Shown piece by piece: positions 1-7,500 of a DNA stretch of 34,244 bases; positions within the stretch are counted from its first letter, which is position 1, and every line of letters starts with the position of its first letter. The notes under the pieces were generated by a model. It was not told where the DNA came from. It saw nothing but the letters and a program-made list of their open reading frames with translations, and searched no databases. Both the position numbers and the translations under genes were made by a program. This stretch comes from an uncultured Roseburia sp. (GTDB taxonomy: Bacteria > Bacillota > Clostridia > Lachnospirales > Lachnospiraceae): positions 1 to 34,244 of the forward strand of contig CANODN010000001.1 of assembly GCA_947564765.1 (NCBI GenBank), given 5' to 3'.

Positions 1-3000
1 ACGCTTCGAGTTCTGCCACGGAGCACTCGAACACGTTGGCAATCGTGGCTTTGTAGATGCATAAGTAACTGTATAATCATCTACGGAAACATTTTCAGTA
101 ATCTGATGCGTACCGTTTACTCCTTTAAATGTAACATCTGTCTGGTTAAGCGTCATAGAAGGAACGATTTTATCTGTTTTGCGAATGACCAGATTGTCCA
201 TCATAAAATCCGTCTGGCCCATCTTTCCCTCTTCCTGACGGCCGTTTGAATACAGGCCAAACCAGGACTGTCCGCTTTCTGCGCCTACGATATTGAAACG
301 GAAGTTGCGTGTAAAGGATTTCTGTCCGATCGCCGGCGACGCCGTTTTCTCCATATACGGGAGCAGGCTCATACTGTCTCCATCACCGATTGCAATACAG
401 TAGCTGTTTGCAGAACCCGACTGATAATCAAAGGATACTTCGTATGTTTCGTTTGGTTCAAAGTGGTAATTCTGCGGAATTGTACGGTAAATGATTCCTG
501 TATTCTTGCCGTGATGCTTTAAGGACCACTGACCGGAAATTACGTCATCCAAAATTCTGCTGCCCCAGCCTGACTGTGTATACGGCGCATGGTATTCAGC
601 CAAATGCGTTACCGGGTCGGTTACGCCCTGTGCCGATCCTAAAACAAAGGGATAATACCCCTGTACAACCGATTCAAAATCCTGAATAAACGTTCCGTCA
701 CTTCGGAAATTATAAACCGCTTTCGGCACGATACGTATATCGTCAAAATGTGTCACTCCCGTGCCTTCTTCTCTCTTTAATGTCAGCGTAGCCGTATCGG
801 ATACTGCAACAAAGGATACCTGCATATTCTGCATTTTACTGCCGGCTACTGCTCTTCTGCTGTGTGCATCTGCCTGATTGTAATTTTCTGCCAGTGATCT
901 TAAGGTATAATTGGAAACCCTCTCCTTTGCACCACTGATCTCGATTGACGCTTTTACATCCGATTGATTGTCTACATAAATCTCTGCCACATAGTCCTGT
1001 CCCGGCACCAGAGAATTCAATGTTGTAGAAACTGCTACAGCATTTGCCGGATTTTCAATCATCAGATACTGATTTCCGGTAGATACTTTCTTTACTTTAA
1101 CACTTTCATCTGCAATGTCTCCGGACCATACGGCGCTATTTAATGGTGTTCCTTCTCCCAGTCCCGCATATGTATTAAAGCCGGGATCTGTTACGTATGC
1201 ACCTTCGCCGAACTCTGCCTTCACCTTTTTCGGTTCTTCCTCGCCTTTTAAAACGATATATGCCGTACGTGCCTTTGCCGTAAGTGTAATGGAACCGTCT
1301 GTTACATTGACAGTCTGTGCTGCGCCGCGTCCCTGATCGGACAGTTCATATACAACAACATTCTGCAGATTCTTCCAGTCATCCAGAAGCTCCCATGTGG
1401 TTGTGCCGCCGTCATAGTTCCAGTGATACAGTTTTTCTTCGTTTGTCTCCCAATCGTTCCACGGAAGGAGATATGTGACATCATCCAGCACTTTTGTACC
1501 GTTTAAAGTAATGGTTCTCTCAATATAATCATCATTACGCCGCTGTGCTTTTCTTGTTACAACAACCGTATCGCTGCCGTCAGCACTCTTTAACGTAATT
1601 TCTTTTGCCTGACTCCCTGCCGGTGAAACATCTCCGTTTTTGCCGGAATAATCTACCCACTTTGTAATCAGATAATGCTGTAAGAATTTCGCCGGAAGGT
1701 TCTCTGTGAAGGTTGCAACAATATAATCATTATAGCTGTCATTGCTGTCTCCCCAGCCTTCAAATCCGCTTAATGTAAAATGTCCCAGCAGCGGATTGTC
1801 TGCTTCTCCGCCATACTTCGGATAATTTAACACAAAGGAATCTCTCTGATGGTTCCGGATAAACCGCATAACCTCGGAATTATTTCCTTTACCGGTCGCA
1901 CCGCCGTAATGACCTTCTGTTGCCCAGTGCTGCCAGGTGGAATCGTATTCACAGGAGGTACCAAACTCTGTGGAAAATCTCCAGCCAAGTGAATTTACCT
2001 GCTGTGCGATCTTCCTTGACTCCCAGGAATCCTGATACCATACGTCCAGATATATGAAATCCAGATCCTCCGGATTGTCAAGATGCTCTGCAACTGTCTT
2101 TTGAACTGTCGCAGCATCAGGCAGAACCTCTTCTTCCGGTTCGCCTTCTCCTGCTACGCCCGGCCATTTGTTTGCATACAGGGAAGTTCCGTTTAACTGA
2201 TCATAAAGCTGCAAAAATCTCTTATAGCGCAGTCCGCTTCCCAGATCATAAATTTTATTAATTTCATAGGATGCATCCATCCAGCCCCATGTCGTAGGAT
2301 TCATAATCTGTGACGGAACTAAAAGTGTCTCGGAAAATGTCTGCGCTTCAGGATATGCCTCCTGTGCATTGACATGGATACCTACCTGCGTATTATACTG
2401 GTGGGCAATTTTGTTTAATTTTTTCAGATCTTCGATACCGCCAAGTCTCTCGGCAACTCCGCCGTATTCTGAGTTTGCAGAATCGTGTCCTTCGTTACCG
2501 AAGCCCTTTAACATAATAGACTGCGGAAGTCCGTCGGTTGCCAGATAAACTTTCTTTACGTTATCCGCATTTTTCATAAACGGATTGGGCGCAAGACTTC
2601 CAAGATTCATAACGATACGGTAATTCACAAGCTCAGGCACATTTTCCGAACCGTAAGGATTGTTCATAATATCACGATACGCAATTGCACCATCCTGCCA
2701 GTCTACCATGCCGTCTTCATTTAAGTCCGGCGCAATGCATACTTTTGTACAGGGCAGCTCGCTGACTGGCGTATATTCATACTTTGCCGATTCCGGATCG
2801 TTTCCATAATCGTAATACCACGCCGCACTGGTCAAAGACATCGTATTATTGCCGTTATTTCTGACAACTCTTCTGTCCCCCAGCGCCTCAGAATTGCTCC
2901 AAAGTCCTGCACTTAAGCCGTCTGCAGAAATAAATCCATAGCCATAGCTGTCAGAAGACCCTGCATAAAATCCATTGCTGAATGTAATTTCTCTGTCACC

Positions 3001-4401
3001 GCTGGCATTTACATTTCCGGAATTGATCGCACCTTTAAACTGGGCGTTTTCCTGGCTGTCGTTAATCGTTACAAGATTTAAATCCGGCACTTCGATTGTA
3101 TTAATCTTTGCGCAGCCGTTTCTTTTTGTGATCTTTGTCACTTCCCAAATCAGATCATTTTCACTGACGCTGATGGTAACTTCAACATCCATACTGATCT
3201 GATTTGCCGCATCCTCCAGGCCAAGCGTATAAACTGCATGGTCTTCTTTTTTATCAAATTTCTTTAATACAGGTGTTATATCATTCTTGTTTATCCGAAA
3301 TACATGAATCTCATTTTCCTGTCCGGCAAACGTCTGTCCGGCTGCCGTTCCTGTTTTCATCTCATACTGCATGACCCTCGGGAAATTCTTGTCGATTGCG
3401 GCTTTCATTTCCTCTGATTCAATATAAGTGTCATACACTGCCTCCTGCTGTTCCAAAAGCTGTATGCTGCCCGCATCCAGATCTGCGTCTTTTACGGTAA
3501 TGTTTTTGGATGCTGCAGCATATCCAGATGCAGATACGGCAATTTCATATGTTCCGTTTTCAATGCCGCTTATACTGTAACGTCCCTGTGCATCTGTTAA
3601 AACACTATGTCCCGCAAGCCTTACGGTAGCTCCCTCAACCAAAGCTCCCTGCGGATTTATAACGGTTCCGCTGACTGCATATGTCGGAATCTCTCTTGTA
3701 TCTAATACAGAGCCTAATGTCGGCAGCAGAAATGCCCAGTTTCCTGCATCCTGATTTACGCCGTTGCAGATAACATCCCGGAACATAAGCTCTGTTGCCA
3801 CGGTGTCTTTTGCTGCCCGGAAGCCGACTTTTCCCTTTCCGTTCACTGCCTCTGCCAGATCCTTCAATGGAGGGAAGGAGCCGTTTGCCGAGTTTGTCTT
3901 CGTGCCTTCCGTAATATCCACCTGAAGAGCTTCATTTAACAGAGATATATTGATCGTATACTCTGTATTTTCCTCAGGAACCGGAACCTCCGGTGAAAAT
4001 GAAAGAGGTCCGTAATTCCCCTCTGTTCCGTTTTTATACTGATAATACCATTTGCTGATGCTGTCATATCCGATATAAATCCAATGCTCCGCATCCTGAT
4101 ACATATAGAAAATACCAAGCTTTGCATTCTCTGCCGGATTCTCATTGATAAAACGCAGCTTTGTGCTCATATTTCCGTTCAGCGGCATTGTTGCCGACTG
4201 ATTCAAAAGCACTGCTGCAGGCGCTGCCGAAGCGTCTTCGTAAGAATGGCTGTTTCCGTTCTGATCCCCCGCCTTTACATACATCCACTGCATCTCCGCT
4301 GCTTTTACCTGTACAGCCGGAATATCCGACAACACAGGCAGTATCGCCAGCACAACGGCCAGCAGACAGCTCAGCAGCCTTTTACAACCACGTGTCTTCA
4401 T
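1..4401 (-). CDS. GH101 endo-alpha-N-acetylgalactosaminidase, paralog 1 (3' end truncated by the window edge, at least 1467 codons)
   Basis: Absent from the ORF track because no stop lies in the window. ATG at 4401 follows GGAGGT. Signal peptide MKTRGCKRLLSCLLAVVLAILPVLSDIPAVQVKA. Manual translation gives GH101 motifs LKGFGNEGHDSANSEYG, WGWMD, DFIYLDVWY (nucleophile Asp), WRFSTEFG (acid/base Glu) and RFIRNHQRDSF. Colinear with the neighbouring paralog. No in-frame stop in the stretches read by hand. Confidence 0.93.
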   Translation of the reverse strand, partial: MKTRGCKRLLSCLLAVVLAILPVLSDIPAVQVKAAEMQWMYVKAGDQNGNSHSYEDASAAPAAVLLNQSATMPLNGNMSTKLRFINENPAENAKLGIFYMYQDAEHWIYIGYDSISKWYYQYKNGTEGNYGPLSFSPEVPVPEENTEYTINISLLNEALQVDITEGTKTNSANGSFPPLKDLAEAVNGKGKVGFRAAKDTVATELMFRDVICNGVNQDAGNWAFLLPTLGSVLDTREIPTYAVSGTVINPQGALVEGATVRLAGHSVLTDAQGRYSISGIENGTYEIAVSASGYAAASKNITVKDADLDAGSIQLLEQQEAVYDTYIESEEMKAAIDKNFPRVMQYEMKTGTAAGQTFAGQENEIHVFRINKNDITPVLKKFDKKEDHAVYTLGLEDAANQISMDVEVTISVSENDLIWEVTKITKRNGCAKINTIEVPDLNLVTINDSQENAQFKGAINSGNVNASGDREITFSNGFYAGSSDSYGYGFISADGLSAGLWSNSEALGDRRVVRNNGNNTMSLTSAAWYYDYGNDPESAKYEYTPVSELPCTKVCIAPDLNEDGMVDWQDGAIAYRDIMNNPYGSENVPELVNYRIVMNLGSLAPNPFMKNADNVKKVYLATDGLPQSIMLKGFGNEGHDSANSEYGGVAERLGGIEDLKKLNKIAHQYNTQVGIHVNAQEAYPEAQTFSETLLVPSQIMNPTTWGWMDASYEINKIYDLGSGLRYKRFLQLYDQLNGTSLYANKWPGVAGEGEPEEEVLPDAATVQKTVAEHLDNPEDLDFIYLDVWYQDSWESRKIAQQVNSLGWRFSTEFGTSCEYDSTWQHWATEGHYGGATGKGNNSEVMRFIRNHQRDSFVLNYPKYGGEADNPLLGHFTLSGFEGWGDSNDSYNDYIVATFTENLPAKFLQHYLITKWVDYSGKNGDVSPAGSQAKEITLKSADGSDTVVVTRKAQRRNDDYIERTITLNGTKVLDDVTYLLPWNDWETNEEKLYHWNYDGGTTTWELLDDWKNLQNVVVYELSDQGRGAAQTVNVTDGSITLTAKARTAYIVLKGEEEPKKVKAEFGEGAYVTDPGFNTYAGLGEGTPLNSAVWSGDIADESVKVKKVSTGNQYLMIENPANAVAVSTTLNSLVPGQDYVAEIYVDNQSDVKASIEISGAKERVSNYTLRSLAENYNQADAHSRRAVAGSKMQNMQVSFVAVSDTATLTLKREEGTGVTHFDDIRIVPKAVYNFRSDGTFIQDFESVVQGYYPFVLGSAQGVTDPVTHLAEYHAPYTQSGWGSRILDDVISGQWSLKHHGKNTGIIYRTIPQNYHFEPNETYEVSFDYQSGSANSYCIAIGDGDSMSLLPYMEKTASPAIGQKSFTRNFRFNIVGAESGQSWFGLYSNGRQEEGKMGQTDFMMDNLVIRKTDKIVPSMTLNQTDVTFKGVNGTHQITENVSVDDYTVTYASTKPRLPTCSSAPWQNSKR

Positions 4402-4442
4402 AATACATGTACCTCCTGTTTTTATTCTTTTTGACTGTTTTT

Positions 4443-4471
4443 ATTATACGTTGTGCCTTTTTGTTTGTCAA
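4443..4471 (-). promoter_or_regulatory. sigma-A promoter of GH101 paralog 1
   Basis: Perfect TTGACA (4471-4466), 17-nt spacer, TATAAT (4448-4443). Confidence 0.85.
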
Positions 4472-4521
4472 TTATTCAAGCACTCTCCTGATATCAGAAT
4501 ATGAATTTTGACAAATTGCAC

Positions 4522-4563
4522 AAAAATATCTCCGGCTGCATATCCGCGGCCGGAGATATTTTT
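4522..4563 (-). terminator. Intrinsic terminator after GH101 paralog 2 (possibly bidirectional)
   Basis: AAAAATATCTCCGGC...GCCGGAGATATTTTT inverted repeat about 10 nt after the stop at 4573, with A/T tracts on both sides. Confidence 0.85.
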
Positions 4564-4572
4564 TCTATAAAC

Positions 4573-7500
4573 TTATTTTACTTTTGCTTTTTTGTTGCCA
4601 GCGCCCTTAATCTGTTTGATCAGTTTGCTTCTCAATTTCGCCGGTTTCATTTTCTTCGGAACCTTTACTTTCAGCTTTGCACTCGTTCCTTTTAATGCTT
4701 TTTTGCCGAAGCTCTTAAGGACTTTGGACTGAATCTTAACCGTTTTCAGACTCTTGCATCCGCTGAAAGCTGCCTTTCCGACTTTGGTTATATTCGCGCC
4801 TATGGTTACTTTCTTTAACTTCTTATAACCCTTGAAGGCATTTGCACTGACCTCCGTTACGGTGCAGGTTGTATTATTGATCCTAACCGTACCCTGAATG
4901 GCAATGGATGTGCTGTCCTTATTGGTTCCATTTACGGCTACCGCTTTCTTGTTTGCTGCGTCGGTTACTTTATAAAGAACGTCTCCGACCGTTACGGTAT
5001 TGCCGTTTGCAAGCTTCTCCTCCGCCAACGCATTCCGTGTATTCGTCAGCTTTATCAGAAGTTCGGAAAGTTTTGATGTATCATCGGAACCTGCGCCCGC
5101 TTTTGCAGCATTATATGCAGCCACAAATGCCTCCCAGCTTGCTTTGGTGTAATTCTGCTGTCCGGCATTTATGATTGCCGATGCTGCTGTAATCGCCTGG
5201 TTTAACTTCTCCTGTGCCTCCGTCAGATCCGGATCTTCTGTTACGGGCGGCTTCGGCGGGTCCAGTTTATCCACTTCTTCCTGTGCTTTTGATACATTCA
5301 CTGCCGCCGCTTTCAGCTTCGCATCCATGTTTGTAATTTCCGCTTCTACAGCCGTTAATTTGTCTTTTGCGGCTTTGACTGCCTCTAATTTTACAGCCTT
5401 ATCTGCCTCAGAAGCCTGTGCCCATTCTGTAATCGCCAGCTCTACCGCCGCTTCTTCCTTACTCTTTTCTGCCTGTAGCTTGGAAAGCTCTGTCTGGAGC
5501 TTATCGATTTCCTTCTCCTTTGCCGCAAGCTCTGCCCGCGCCGTTTCCAAAGCTCCCTGTGCAGCCAAAATTGCCTTCTGCGCATCTTCCAAAGCCTTGA
5601 TCGCTGCATCCAACTGATCCTGTGCCTGATTCAGAGAATTTTCTGCTTTTGTAACCTCTTCCTGCTTCTGATCCAGAATGCTGGAAACGCTGCCGGCTTC
5701 TACCGTTACCTGGCACTGCGCCGTAAGGTCCGGATCTTCCTTCATGGTTGCCGTAATGGTTGCTGTGCCCGTACCGACTGCCGTCAGATAACCGGTTTCA
5801 TCTACCGTTACAATCGCATCGTCTGAAGATGTCCACGTTACATCCTGGAGTGTATTCAGCCTGCGGCTGTCTCCCACGCCCTTTAATGTCACCTGGGATG
5901 CATCCAGCTGTACGCTTTTTACTACCAGATTATCCAGAATAAAATCTCGTTGACCGAAGCTGTATTCCACGCCTTTCTGCTCTGTAAATTTTTTGCTGTA
6001 CAAACCAAACCATGTCTGCCCGCTGTCAGAACCGGTCACTGTAAATTCGTAATGCTCGGTCGTTGATTTCCCTCCTGCTGCCGAAGCCGCTGTCTTGGAC
6101 AGATAGCTGGGCGACTGCCATACATAATTGCTGTTTTCTCCATCGCCTACTACGATAAAATACATATCCTCATGGCCTGCCTGATAATCAAAGCTGACTT
6201 TATAGGTTACGCCTGGTTCAAAATGGAGATTCTGCGGAATCGTCCGGTAAATCAATCCCTGATTATTGCCATGGTGCTTTAAGGACCATTTGCCCTCAAT
6301 CACGTCATCCAGAACCACATTGCCCCAGCCGGACTGCGTATACGGATCATGCCGTTCCGATAAATGCGTTACCTGATCGTCTACGCCCTGTGCAGATCCC
6401 ATAACAAACGGATACAGTCCCTGTACCACCGATTCAAAATCCTGTTTGAAGCTTCCATCGCTCTGGAAATTGTCTAATGTTTTCTTCACAATACGGATAT
6501 CGTCAAAATAAGTAACGCCTGCGCCCTTTTCCCTGCGGAATGTCAGTGTCGCTTTATTGCTTACCGGTGTAAAGGAAACCAGCATCACCTGCATTTTACT
6601 GCCCGCAAGTCCCGCTTTATTGTGTGCGTCACAGCGAACCCAGTTATTCTCCAGGGATTTTAATGTATAATTGGATACATCTTTCATGCCGCCGTTTACT
6701 TCGATCCATGCCTTTGCTTCACTCTGATTGTCCACATATACGGCCGCTACGTAATCGGTTCCCGCCGTCAGTCCGGTAATATTTGTTGACACTGCCAGTT
6801 CCTTTGTCTCGCTGCCCATGGACAGATATTTATTTCCGGTTACCATACGCACTACTTTCACGCCTTCATCCGTCACGTCCCCGGACCACACAGCCTTATT
6901 CAGTGCGCTTCCATCTCCCGTACCTGCATAGCTGTTAAAGCCTGTATCTGTTACATGTGCATAATTACTCCATGTAGTAACTCTTTTGGGTTTCTCCTCC
7001 CCTTTCAAAACAACATATGGGGTATCCGCCTCTGCCGTCAGGCTGATTTTGCCGCCTGTAACTGCAACGGTTTGTTTTTCTGTACGGCCCATATCCGTCA
7101 GTTTATACACAACTACATTTGCAAGGTTTGCCCATCCCGGCAAAAGCTCCCATTCCGTTGTGCCGCCGTCATAATTGTAGTGATACAGCTTTTCTTTATT
7201 TGTCTCTGCATCGGTCCAGGGAAGCAGATACGTTGCATCATCCAATACTTTTTTACCGTTTAATGTAATCGTTCTCTCTACATAATTTAAGGTCTGATTC
7301 GTTTGCTCTTCTCCAGCCTCCAGCTGCTCTTCATTTCTCGTTACAACAACCGTATCTTTTCCATCGTCACTCTTTAAAACGATCTCTTTTTCATGGCTGC
7401 AGGCAGCTGTTCCGGTAACAAGTCTATTATTCTCTGTTTTACTCCAGTTTCCCTTCGGGATCTCCTCACTGCTCGCATAATTCTCCCACCGGTATACCTT

